Assembly: GCA_902774205.1 (NCBI GenBank)
Contig: CACYHL010000003.1
Span: 1-43,071, forward strand
Length of the DNA stretch: 43,071 nt
From: an uncultured Bacteroidota bacterium
Lineage (GTDB): Bacteria; Bacteroidota; Bacteroidia; Bacteroidales; WCHB1-69
Direction of reading: 5' to 3'
Positions 9,730-18,339 of this stretch are shown in pieces. Both the position numbers and the translations under genes were made by a program. Position 1 is the first letter of the stretch, and each line of letters begins with the position of its first letter. The notes beneath the pieces are model-generated. The model saw only the letters and a list, made by a program, of their open reading frames with translations. It did no database searches and had not been told where the DNA came from.

Positions 9730-11709
9730 TTACCAATCTTTTTCCTGATGGGCTTTCGCCCCCTGTCGCATCTCTTGTGCCTTGACTTTCTGCTGTGTGT
9801 TGCGCTCATTCTGCTGCAACGCGTCTAACTGGCGTTTCTCCTCCTGCCGCTTCTGTTTGTCAGCCGCAGACTCGCCATTATCTTTCTTGTCTTTATTTTG
9901 CTGGTTATCAGAATTTTGTTTGTCTTGCTGATTCTGTTTGTCCTGTTTATCCTGATTCCCGTTATTCTGATTTTGGTCTTGATTCTGCTTGTCTTGCTTA
10001 TCCTTTTTGTCATCACCTTGTCCGCCTTGGTTCTGCTGGTTCTGTTGGTCTTGGTTCTGATCCTGATTCTGATTCTGTTGGTTTTGTTGTTGTTGCTGCT
10101 GTTGTTGTTTCAATTTTTGTTTCGCATATTCAAGATTATATTTTGTATCCAAATCAGAAGGGTCGAGTTTGAGAGAGTTCTTGAAGGCATTGACAGATTC
10201 GCTGTAATTTTCCTGTTTCATAAGGGAGTTGCCGAGGTTGTGATAGGCTTTTGCGCGGAGTTTCGCATCCGCGGAGGGCTGTTCTGCCACGCCTTTGAAA
10301 TATTGCGCGGCCTCGTCGTAACGCTCCTGTCGGTAGAGCGCTGTGCCGAGATTATAGTTCGCCTTGTCGTAGTTTTTATTTGAAGACAAAGCTTTACGGT
10401 ATTGGACCTCAGCGCTTTGGTATCCTTCAGCCGATTTTTTGAAAAGTTCACCCGCTTTGCGTTCGTTTACATTTCCGCCTTTTTCAAGCATAGACATCGC
10501 TTCCTCGCGGTATTTTTCCGACTGGTAAAATTTGTCGTTGCCGTGCCTTATCGAAGAGAGCTCGTCTGTTGTTTGTGCATAAAGCATTGAGGATAAGAAT
10601 ATTAAAACAAGTAAAGAAATAGAAGTTTTGACTTTTAGCATATCCTGCAAACTGTTGAAAATTTTTCTTATTCCGTATTTTGATTTCGAGCCGAGAAGGA
10701 TCATTTCTGCGAAAAGTGCGATAAGTCCGATGATAAGTGGGATTTGGAATTTGCTTTCGTAACGGGCGAATGTGACTTCATCGAGTTCAGTTTTTGTCAT
10801 CGCGTCAATTTTCTCCTGAATCGCCTCGAAGCCCATGTTAGCATTGTTCGCGTGGACGTAGACGCCGTTGCCAGCCGCTGCAATCTCTTGAAGCACAGAC
10901 TCATTTAGGCGGGTCATCACTGTATTGCCCTCATTGTCTTTCTTATAAGAGACTGAGCCGTTCGGAGCACGGACGGGAATTGGTTCACCGCGTGTTGAGC
11001 CGATTCCGATAGTGTGCACGGTGCAGCCCATCGAAGCAACATCTCCGGCAAGTTCCACCGCCTCGTCAAAATGGTCTTCACCATCAGAAACAACAAGTAT
11101 AACTTTGGAAGTCAATGAGTTGAGTTTTTGGCTCTGTTCGTTGCCGTTGTCTTCAGGAATCATTGACACCGCTGCAAGGTCGAGGGCGGCGGCGATATTT
11201 GTGCCTTGCTCGTTCATCATATCGGGTGAGACATAATTCACGAACATCTTAGCTGCGGCGTAGTCGCTGGTGATTGGCAGTTGTACGAATGCGTTCCCTG
11301 CAAAGACAACCAATCCGATGCGGTCGCCGCGCAGGTGGTCGATGAAGCGCGACAACGCCATTTTAGCGGCATCGAGTCTGTTGGGGCGAATGTCTTCCGC
11401 TAACATACTGTTCGAAATGTCGAGACAGACCATGATGTCCACACCCTGACGTTTGCCTTTTTCGAGCGAGCTGCCAACCTGCGGATTCGCGAGCGCGAAG
11501 ATGAGCGCCGCCAATGCCGTCATCAGCAGAGCGAATTTGATGTGCTCTTTCGCAGGCGAGCGGTCGGGTTGCAATTTCTCCAAAAGTGCAATGTCACCGT
11601 ATGTCGCCAAACGATGTTTTCTTCTGATTTTCAGAAAGATATATAAAGCCGTTAGCAGCGGAATCAGCGTGAGCGCGTATAGAACGTATGTGTTTTCAAA
11701 CCGGAACAT
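9730..11709 (-). CDS. BatB-like VWA protein fused in frame to a BatC-like TPR protein with a Q/N/D/K-rich tail
   Basis: N-terminal TM segments plus a VWA MIDAS motif (DIMVCLDISNSM, LVVSDGEDH). An internal signal-like MLKVKTSISLLVLIFLSSMLYAQ sits at codon 357 (ATG at 10641), followed by TPR-like repeats. No in-frame stop separates the two halves. Confidence 0.7.
   Translation of the reverse strand: MFRFENTYVLYALTLIPLLTALYIFLKIRRKHRLATYGDIALLEKLQPDRSPAKEHIKFALLMTALAALIFALANPQVGSSLEKGKRQGVDIMVCLDISNSMLAEDIRPNRLDAAKMALSRFIDHLRGDRIGLVVFAGNAFVQLPITSDYAAAKMFVNYVSPDMMNEQGTNIAAALDLAAVSMIPEDNGNEQSQKLNSLTSKVILVVSDGEDHFDEAVELAGDVASMGCTVHTIGIGSTRGEPIPVRAPNGSVSYKKDNEGNTVMTRLNESVLQEIAAAGNGVYVHANNANMGFEAIQEKIDAMTKTELDEVTFARYESKFQIPLIIGLIALFAEMILLGSKSKYGIRKIFNSLQDMLKVKTSISLLVLIFLSSMLYAQTTDELSSIRHGNDKFYQSEKYREEAMSMLEKGGNVNERKAGELFKKSAEGYQSAEVQYRKALSSNKNYDKANYNLGTALYRQERYDEAAQYFKGVAEQPSADAKLRAKAYHNLGNSLMKQENYSESVNAFKNSLKLDPSDLDTKYNLEYAKQKLKQQQQQQQQNQQNQNQDQNQDQQNQQNQGGQGDDKKDKQDKQNQDQNQNNGNQDKQDKQNQQDKQNSDNQQNKDKKDNGESAADKQKRQEEKRQLDALQQNERNTQQKVKAQEMRQGAKAHQEKDW
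9880..10107 (-). repeat. low-complexity coding repeat (Q/N/D/K-rich, CAG/CAA/AAC/GAC-based)
   Basis: Encodes QQQQQQQQNQQNQNQDQNQDQQNQQNQGGQGDDKKDKQDKQNQDQNQNNGNQDKQDKQNQQDKQNSDNQQNKDKKD. Confidence 0.8.
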
Positions 11710-11747
11710 ATCCTAATTTTTTAAACCGAGTATTTTTATAAGAACCG

Positions 11748-11755
11748 CAAAGATA
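11748..11755 (-). promoter_or_regulatory. -7 promoter box (TATCTTTG) for the batBC-SDR-ABC transcription unit
   Basis: Reverse complement of caaagata matches TAnnTTTG, 39 nt upstream of the ATG at 11709. Confidence 0.35.
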
Positions 11756-11872
11756 CTTATTTTTTGGATATTTTAAACGTTATGGGCAATATGTTTTTTT
11801 TGAAATTTTTTGAGGTGTTATACTCCTGATTTTTGTTTTTTTATAGAGCTTCAGTGGTATTGAAATTTTTTT

Positions 11873-11880
11873 TATCTTTG
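11873..11880 (+). promoter_or_regulatory. -7 promoter box (TATCTTTG) for the glycine-rich gene array
   Basis: Matches TAnnTTTG 67 nt upstream of the ATG at 11947. It is the only such box in the AT-rich 237-nt intergenic region on this strand. Confidence 0.3.
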
Positions 11881-11946
11881 TTGAATAATTGAGAGTATAA
11901 TTGTGAAGGGTAATAAAATAGTTTTTTTGCTGAAAATTATTGGATT

Positions 11947-13524
11947 ATGAAAACAAGAAAAGTGATTTTGTTACTGTCTGCAATTGTGGCGGCTGTTGTG
12001 TGTGCGGATGCGCAAAGCATAACCACAACATACAGTTATGCATGGAAATATGATACGGTGTATAAAAATCAGACGGGGACGCAAGATTATGCGTACACAG
12101 GTTCATATCAGACTTACGCAGCTTCTGCTGGAACGTATAAATTGGAGGTCTGGGGAGCGCAAGGCGGCTATAGAAGTTCCTCCTCATACGGTGGTGCTGG
12201 CGGTTATTCTGTCGGTTCTTTGACACTCACGGCACCGGTCACGTTGTATATTTATGTTGGAGGCTCGGGAAATACGGGCGGCACGAACGGCGGTTTTAAT
12301 GGCGGCGGCATGAGGGCGACATACGCTGGAGGTGGAGGCGGTACGGACATGCGCATTAATGGAACCACATGGTATCATCGTGTTATTGTCGCTGGCGGCG
12401 GCGGCTCGTGCGGGGCGTCATCGTATGGGGGATTTAACAATTACGGTTACGGCGGAGGTACAAATGGCGGCTCTCCTTATAACGGCTGCGGTACAGAATA
12501 TGGTTATGGTACACAGACTGGAAACTCATATTCAACAAATACGTCTTATACTGATAAAAATACAGGTAGCCAAGCTGGTGGATTTGGTTTTGGAGGTTAT
12601 GGCGCGTACTATGCGAGTGGCTACGGTGGCGCTGGTGGCGGCGGCTGGTATGGTGGCGGCGGCTGTTATCCCGATGGCAGTGTAGATGATGATGGCGGTG
12701 GCGGCGGTGGCAGCGGCTACGTTTACACTTCGTCAACGGCTTCATATTATCCTGCCGGTTGCATGTTGAACTCGTCATATTATCTTACCAATGCGCAGAC
12801 AATTGCGGGTAACACATCTTTCCCATCTACAATTACAGGAACAAATGAAACCGGACATAGTGGAAATGGCTATGCCAGAATAACATATACTTATAAAGTT
12901 ATCGACCATATTGACTCCACAGTTAATCATATCTATGTTACTACAACAATTACTGACTTCGTGTGCAAGAATGGCGTTTATAACCAATACGGTTTTACGA
13001 TCAATGGCCAGACTTTGACGAGTGGAGTTCACACTTTTACAAATCATTTCAGTTATGGGAATACCGATAGCACTGTTTGTCTGAATATAACTATACGCCC
13101 TGATCCTACAACGTTTGAGGAGATTGAAGCCCCATACTCTTACACATGGCCTGTAAATGGAATAACATACACAGAATCAGGTATATATAGCTATTCAACT
13201 GTTACACAAGACGGCTGCGACAGCACTGTGATTCTTGCCCTCACAATTTACGACCCGACAATTGGAATTGGGGAAAATGTTGATTTTCAAGATGTTATTG
13301 TTAAACCGAATCCTGCGCAAGATTATATAGATATAATAACAGAAGTCGCCTCAGCGGTTGATTTGACAGTTTATAACATTTATGGTCAGGCGTGCCTGAC
13401 AAAACAACTGACAGAGAGAGAGACAAGGGTTTCGCTCAGCGCGCTTCCAGTGGGAACATATTTTCTTCGTTTTGGCGAGGCAGGGAAAAAATTCAAAACC
13501 CATAAGATTATTAAAACCGAATAA
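11947..13524 (+). CDS. secreted glycine-rich-domain protein with T9SS C-terminal sorting domain (paralogue 1)
   Basis: Signal peptide MKTRKVILLLSAIVAAVVCADAQ. Motifs YTGSYQTY..AGTYKLEVWGAQGG, GGAGGYSVG..LYIYVGGSG, GGGGGTDMRI and RVIVAGGGGS, ending ETGHSGNGYARITY (PF12810-type Gly-rich pattern). A conserved middle domain follows. The last ~80 aa (KPNPAQDYIDI..LTVYNIYGQ..LPVGTYFLRF..KIIK) look like a Por secretion tail. Confidence 0.8.
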   Translation: MKTRKVILLLSAIVAAVVCADAQSITTTYSYAWKYDTVYKNQTGTQDYAYTGSYQTYAASAGTYKLEVWGAQGGYRSSSSYGGAGGYSVGSLTLTAPVTLYIYVGGSGNTGGTNGGFNGGGMRATYAGGGGGTDMRINGTTWYHRVIVAGGGGSCGASSYGGFNNYGYGGGTNGGSPYNGCGTEYGYGTQTGNSYSTNTSYTDKNTGSQAGGFGFGGYGAYYASGYGGAGGGGWYGGGGCYPDGSVDDDGGGGGGSGYVYTSSTASYYPAGCMLNSSYYLTNAQTIAGNTSFPSTITGTNETGHSGNGYARITYTYKVIDHIDSTVNHIYVTTTITDFVCKNGVYNQYGFTINGQTLTSGVHTFTNHFSYGNTDSTVCLNITIRPDPTTFEEIEAPYSYTWPVNGITYTESGIYSYSTVTQDGCDSTVILALTIYDPTIGIGENVDFQDVIVKPNPAQDYIDIITEVASAVDLTVYNIYGQACLTKQLTERETRVSLSALPVGTYFLRFGEAGKKFKTHKIIKTE

Positions 13525-13535
13525 ATTCCGCTAAT

Positions 13536-15116
13536 ATGAGAAAGTTCCTGAGTCTATATATTGTGATTTTCATATTTTCATGTGTTTACTCGCAAAGTAT
13601 CACAACAACATACAGTTACACGTGGAAGTATGATACGATATATACCAATGGGCAAACAGGAACACAAAATTTCGCTTATACGGGTAGTGTGCAGACATTC
13701 AATGCGCCATCAGCGGGAAGCTATACGTTTGAAGGCTGGGGTGGGCAAGGTGGAGGAACCCGTGGTGGAAAAGGTGCTTATGCAAAATGTGTGATGACAT
13801 TGACACAAGCGAAAACCATATATGTTTTAGTTGGCGGAAATGCCGGAGTCTCTTCGCAAGGTTCTAATTATTGTGGTGGCGGCGGTGGTGGAACATACAT
13901 TTATTTTAGTAGCACGGATCCCAATCCGATATTGGTTGCCGGTGGCGGCGGCGGTCAGGCGGAAAATGCGTATGGTGGTGTCGGAAGCGGGACGAACAGC
14001 GCTACAAATTCAACTTCTGGAACAGGAAATGGCCCATTGGCAAGTGTTGGATATGGCGGAAATAGTGGGACAAATATAGGAAGTTATTCTTGTGCGGCAG
14101 GTGGGGCAGGTTGGCTGACAAATGGCAGTGACGGTCTGACAATCAGAAATTTTGGCGGTGAAGGAGGAAAAGCTCCGCGTAATGGAGGCGCAGGTGGATA
14201 TGGCTATCATTCAAGTGGTTATAGTGGATTTGGCGGCGCTTTTGGCGGCGGCGGCGCGAATTGTGATAATACAGGCGCAGGTGGCGGCGGTGGTGGATAT
14301 ACTGGCGGGTCTGGTGGAAATAACTATGCCGGCTCACAGGTATGGGGCGCGGGTGGCGGCGGCGGCTCCTATTATTATGGTGCGACAGGTCAGTTGATTT
14401 CCGGAGACAATGTTATGCCATCAACTTCCGGCGGTACTGAAACAGGGCATAGTGGAAATGGTTATGCTAAAATAACTTATAATACCAAAGTCATAGATCA
14501 TATCGACTCCTCCATACTTTACACATACGTTATAACAAACATTTACGATTCTGTCTGCCCTGACGGCATCTACAGCAAATTCGGCTTCATTGTCAAAGGT
14601 GACACACTGTCGGAGGGAGCGCACACATACAGCCATTTGACACAAACCTCAGGGAAAGACAGTACGACAATTCTTCACCTTACTATCAAGCACTCAATGA
14701 CAATTTTTGATGAGGTTGACGCCCCATATTCTTACACATGGCCGATAAATGGAGTGACATATACAGAATCAGGGATTTACAATTACACTGCGCTCACCCA
14801 AGACGGCTGCGACAGCACTGTGATTCTTGCCCTCACAATTTACGACCCGACAATTGGAATTGAAGAGAAAATTAAGATACAAGATATTATTGTTAAACCG
14901 AATCCTGCTCAAGACTTTGTGGATATAACAATGGAAGTCGCTTCGGCGATTGAATTGACAGTGTATAATATTTATGGTCAGGCATGCCTGACAAAAAAAC
15001 TGACAGAGAGAGAGACAAGAGTTTCGCTCAGCGCGCTTCCGGTGGGAATTTACATACTTCGTTTCGGCGAAGCAGGAAATAAAATCAAAACCTATAAGAT
15101 AGTTAAAAACGAATAA
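13536..15116 (+). CDS. secreted glycine-rich-domain protein with T9SS C-terminal sorting domain (paralogue 2)
   Basis: Same architecture, with a divergent core carrying GGGGGGTYIYF...PILVAGGGGGQA and GAGGGGGGYTGGSGG blocks. Starts 11 nt after paralogue 1. Confidence 0.8.
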   Translation: MRKFLSLYIVIFIFSCVYSQSITTTYSYTWKYDTIYTNGQTGTQNFAYTGSVQTFNAPSAGSYTFEGWGGQGGGTRGGKGAYAKCVMTLTQAKTIYVLVGGNAGVSSQGSNYCGGGGGGTYIYFSSTDPNPILVAGGGGGQAENAYGGVGSGTNSATNSTSGTGNGPLASVGYGGNSGTNIGSYSCAAGGAGWLTNGSDGLTIRNFGGEGGKAPRNGGAGGYGYHSSGYSGFGGAFGGGGANCDNTGAGGGGGGYTGGSGGNNYAGSQVWGAGGGGGSYYYGATGQLISGDNVMPSTSGGTETGHSGNGYAKITYNTKVIDHIDSSILYTYVITNIYDSVCPDGIYSKFGFIVKGDTLSEGAHTYSHLTQTSGKDSTTILHLTIKHSMTIFDEVDAPYSYTWPINGVTYTESGIYNYTALTQDGCDSTVILALTIYDPTIGIEEKIKIQDIIVKPNPAQDFVDITMEVASAIELTVYNIYGQACLTKKLTERETRVSLSALPVGIYILRFGEAGNKIKTYKIVKNE

Positions 15117-15130
15117 TAAAATCTGCTAAA

Positions 15131-16666
15131 ATGAGAAAGTTCCTATGTGTGGTTATAGTAATTTTCATATTCTCAGACATTTACTCTCAAAACATCACAA
15201 CAACATACAGTTACACATGGAAGTATGACACGGCATATAATAGTCAGGTAGGAACGCAAAATTTTGCTTATACTGGTTCCGTTCAGACTTATACGGTTAA
15301 TCCAGGGACATATACATTGGAAGTATGGGGGGCGCAGGGAGGATATTATAGTTCCAATATAGGGGGGTATGGAGGATATTCAATTGGTACACTTACTGTT
15401 ACAGGACAAACTGTATTATATATTTATTGTGGCGGTTATCCGGGATATTCTTCTGTGAGTGGGTTTAATGGGGGCGGAACAGGCTCATCGTCTTATGGTG
15501 GCGGCGGCGGTGGCGGTTCAGATATTCGTGTTGGCTCGAATTCTCTTTATGCGCGTGTCATAGTGGCTGGTGGTGGCGGCGGCTCGGGCTATAATCATGG
15601 TTCTGGTGAAACTGGTGGTTATGGCGGCGGGACACAAGGCGGTACAGGAACGTGTGCGTCTTATACTGCTTTATCTTATTTTGGACAAGGTGGAACTCAA
15701 AATTCTGGAGGAAGCAATACTTCCGCATATACAGGCAATTACACATCGGCTTCTTTTGGGCAAGGGGCGTCCAACACCAACTCCTACTATGGGTTTGGTG
15801 GTGGTGGTGGCTGGTATGGTGGCGGTGCGGGACAATATGAACCTGCTGGCGGTGGGAGCGGTTACGTATATACTTCTGCAACAGCAAGTTATTATCCTCA
15901 AGGTTGCCTGCTTAATTCATCTCATTACCTGACTTCCGCAGTAACATACGCAGGTAATACTTCCTTTGCGTCCACTACAGGGGGAATAGAAACAGGACAT
16001 AGCGGAAATGGTTATGCAAGAATCAAGTATTCTTTCAAAACTATTGACCATATCGATTCTTCGATAAATCATATTTATGTTACTACAACAATTACTGATT
16101 TTGTCTGCAAAAATGGGGTTTACAATAACTATGGCTTTACTGTTAATGGAGCATCTTTGTCAAGTGGAGTTCATACTTTTACTAATCATTTTACGTATGG
16201 AAATACAGACAGCATTGTCTGTTTGAATTTAACAATCAGACCTGATGCAACTGTATTTGATGAAGTTGAAGCCCCATATTCTTATACTTGGCCGATAAAT
16301 GGAGTAACTTACACGGAATCAGGTATATACAACTATACTACCGTGACGGCTGAAGGTTGTGACAGCACTGTGATTCTTGCCCTCACAATTTACGACCCGA
16401 CAATTGGAATTGAAGAGAATGCTGATTTACAAGATATTATTATAACACCGAATCCGGTAAACGATCATATTGACATAAAAACAACAGATGTTGCCAATTC
16501 ACTTAATTTGACCGTGTATAACATATATGGTCAAATTTGTCTCACGCAAATGTTGACAAATAGTGAGACACGGATTTCCGTTAGCGAGTTTCCTGCGGGA
16601 ACCTATTTTTTCTGTTTTATCAAGGCAGGGAAAAAATTAATAACTAAAACAATTATAAAAAACTAA
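15131..16666 (+). CDS. secreted glycine-rich-domain protein with T9SS C-terminal sorting domain (paralogue 3)
   Basis: Same architecture (YTLEVWGAQGG, GGGGGGSDIRV, RVIVAGGGGGSG, ETGHSGNGYARIKY, T9SS tail). Starts 14 nt after paralogue 2. Confidence 0.8.
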   Translation: MRKFLCVVIVIFIFSDIYSQNITTTYSYTWKYDTAYNSQVGTQNFAYTGSVQTYTVNPGTYTLEVWGAQGGYYSSNIGGYGGYSIGTLTVTGQTVLYIYCGGYPGYSSVSGFNGGGTGSSSYGGGGGGGSDIRVGSNSLYARVIVAGGGGGSGYNHGSGETGGYGGGTQGGTGTCASYTALSYFGQGGTQNSGGSNTSAYTGNYTSASFGQGASNTNSYYGFGGGGGWYGGGAGQYEPAGGGSGYVYTSATASYYPQGCLLNSSHYLTSAVTYAGNTSFASTTGGIETGHSGNGYARIKYSFKTIDHIDSSINHIYVTTTITDFVCKNGVYNNYGFTVNGASLSSGVHTFTNHFTYGNTDSIVCLNLTIRPDATVFDEVEAPYSYTWPINGVTYTESGIYNYTTVTAEGCDSTVILALTIYDPTIGIEENADLQDIIITPNPVNDHIDIKTTDVANSLNLTVYNIYGQICLTQMLTNSETRISVSEFPAGTYFFCFIKAGKKLITKTIIKN

Positions 16667-16682
16667 AAAAAACAAAGGCATC

Positions 16683-18233
16683 ATGAAAAAGCTAATCAAC
16701 ACTTTAATTCTGATTTGCGTGTTTTCAAGTGTTTACTCTCAAAGTATTTCTACAACTTACAGTTTCACTTGGAAATATGACACGGTTTACAACACACAGA
16801 ACTCTGTACAGAATTTTTCTTACACGGGATCTGTTCAAACGTACTCGGTGAGTGCAGGAACATACAAATTGGAGGTATGGGGTGCACAAGGCGGTCGTGC
16901 GTATTATTCGTCAAGTAGTTATGGATATGGTTATGGAGGCTATGGAGGCTATGCATCAGGTACTTATACTGTAAATGCACCTACGACCTTGTATGTATGT
17001 GTGGGGGCGGAAGGCACGTATAGTAACAGCAATAGCGGCTCAAGCAGCGGTGGTTATAATGGTGGCGGTGCGGGTTATTATTACGGTGCTGGTGGCGGTG
17101 GCGCTACTCATATATCCTTAATGAGTGGTCTGCTACAGAATATTGGCACTTCGAATAAATCAAAGATACTTTTGGTTGCAGGCGGTGGCGGCGGCGGTTA
17201 TCATTATGCGTCCACAAGTTCTTCATACGCGTATCAGGGCGGTTATGGTGGCGGTTCGTCTGGTGGAAGCGGTAGCGGGTATTCATACTATGGTTATGGT
17301 GGAAGCCAATCGTGTGCGGGACATTCAAGTTACAGCTCATCGTATGGCGCAGGCGGCTTTGGTTATGGTGGAAGTTATTACAGCTCAAGTTCAGGGTATG
17401 CCACTGGCGGCGGCGGCGGCGGACTCTATGGCGGCGGCGGCTCCTATAGACGTGGCTCAGGCGGCGGCGGCTCTGGTTATGTGAATACATCGTTACTTAC
17501 AAATTATCAGAACTCATCTGGTAACACATCTTTCCCATCCACTGTTTCTGGAAATACAGAGACAGGACATAGTGGTAATGGATATGCCAGAATATCATAT
17601 TCTTATACGTCAATAGATCATATAGATTCAACCATTGCACACACATATATCAGAACAGATATCTACGATTCGATTTGCAATGGTGAAATGTACAGCCAAT
17701 TGGGGTTCACAATAGATTCTGATACGATTTCTGATGGAATGCATTTGTACACAAAGCATTTCTCTACAACAAACACAGACAGCATGGCATACCTTCATCT
17801 TACAATCAAACCAGACATAGAGGTTTACGAGGAGATTGATGCGCCATATACCTATACGTGGCCAGTGAATGGGGTAACTTACACGGAATCAGGTATATAT
17901 AGCTATTCTACTGTGACAGATGAAGGCTGTGACAGCACTATAATTCTCGCTCTTACAATTTATGACCCGACAATTGGAATTGAGGAAAATATTGATTCGC
18001 AAGATATTAGAATCTCTCCAAATCCTGCGCATGATTATATTGATGTGAAAAGTGATTTCACAAATGTTGATGTGTATATATATAATATGTATGGGCAAAA
18101 ATGTATGGAGAAAAAGTTGACGGAAAATGATACGCGTATTTCTTTAAGCGGGCTTCAAGCAGGGGCATATTTTCTCCGTTTTGCTGAGTCTGGAAAAATT
18201 TTCAAAACACATAAAATTATAAAAAGCGAGTAA
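16683..18233 (+). CDS. secreted glycine-rich-domain protein with T9SS C-terminal sorting domain (paralogue 4)
   Basis: Same architecture with a Gly/Ser/Tyr-rich core (YKLEVWGAQGG, GAGGGGATHISL, LLVAGGGGGGYHY, ETGHSGNGYARISY, T9SS tail). Starts 16 nt after paralogue 3. Confidence 0.8.
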   Translation: MKKLINTLILICVFSSVYSQSISTTYSFTWKYDTVYNTQNSVQNFSYTGSVQTYSVSAGTYKLEVWGAQGGRAYYSSSSYGYGYGGYGGYASGTYTVNAPTTLYVCVGAEGTYSNSNSGSSSGGYNGGGAGYYYGAGGGGATHISLMSGLLQNIGTSNKSKILLVAGGGGGGYHYASTSSSYAYQGGYGGGSSGGSGSGYSYYGYGGSQSCAGHSSYSSSYGAGGFGYGGSYYSSSSGYATGGGGGGLYGGGGSYRRGSGGGGSGYVNTSLLTNYQNSSGNTSFPSTVSGNTETGHSGNGYARISYSYTSIDHIDSTIAHTYIRTDIYDSICNGEMYSQLGFTIDSDTISDGMHLYTKHFSTTNTDSMAYLHLTIKPDIEVYEEIDAPYTYTWPVNGVTYTESGIYSYSTVTDEGCDSTIILALTIYDPTIGIEENIDSQDIRISPNPAHDYIDVKSDFTNVDVYIYNMYGQKCMEKKLTENDTRISLSGLQAGAYFLRFAESGKIFKTHKIIKSE

Positions 18234-18267
18234 TCAATAGATTGTATTGCAAATAATAGTTTTTTTT

Positions 18268-18300
18268 AACATCTTCGATTGTAAGATGTTTTCTTTTTTT
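18268..18300 (+). terminator. rho-independent terminator closing the four-gene array
   Basis: 8-bp stem AACATCTT (18268-18275) pairs with AAGATGTT (18283-18290) around a 7-nt loop, followed by TTCTTTTTTT. Confidence 0.7.
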
Positions 18301-18302
18301 AT

Positions 18303-18310
18303 TATCTTTG
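18303..18310 (+). promoter_or_regulatory. -7 promoter box (TATCTTTG) for the lipoprotein / mltF-like unit
   Basis: Matches TAnnTTTG 30 nt upstream of the ATG at 18340, immediately after the terminator. Confidence 0.4.
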
Positions 18311-18339
18311 CAATTCATAAAAATTAAAGATAAAGTCCA

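Noticed and set aside
11800-11872. The direct repeat ttgaaatttttt (about 11801 and 11860) and the general AT-rich structure of the 11710-11946 intergenic region, considered as an invertible promoter (phase switch) for the glycine-rich array.
   Set aside because: No flanking inverted repeats were found and no recombinase gene is nearby. The repeat is low-complexity A/T sequence.
12332-12778. Long alternative-frame and antisense ORFs inside the glycine-rich genes, for example 12332-12685 (+), 12434-12778 (-), 14152-14397 (+), 15558-15887 (-), 17104-17490 (-) and 17125-17484 (+).
   Set aside because: Their products are A/R/H/P-rich strings produced by reading GGN repeats out of frame or in reverse. 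They have no independent start context and lie fully inside well-supported CDSs.
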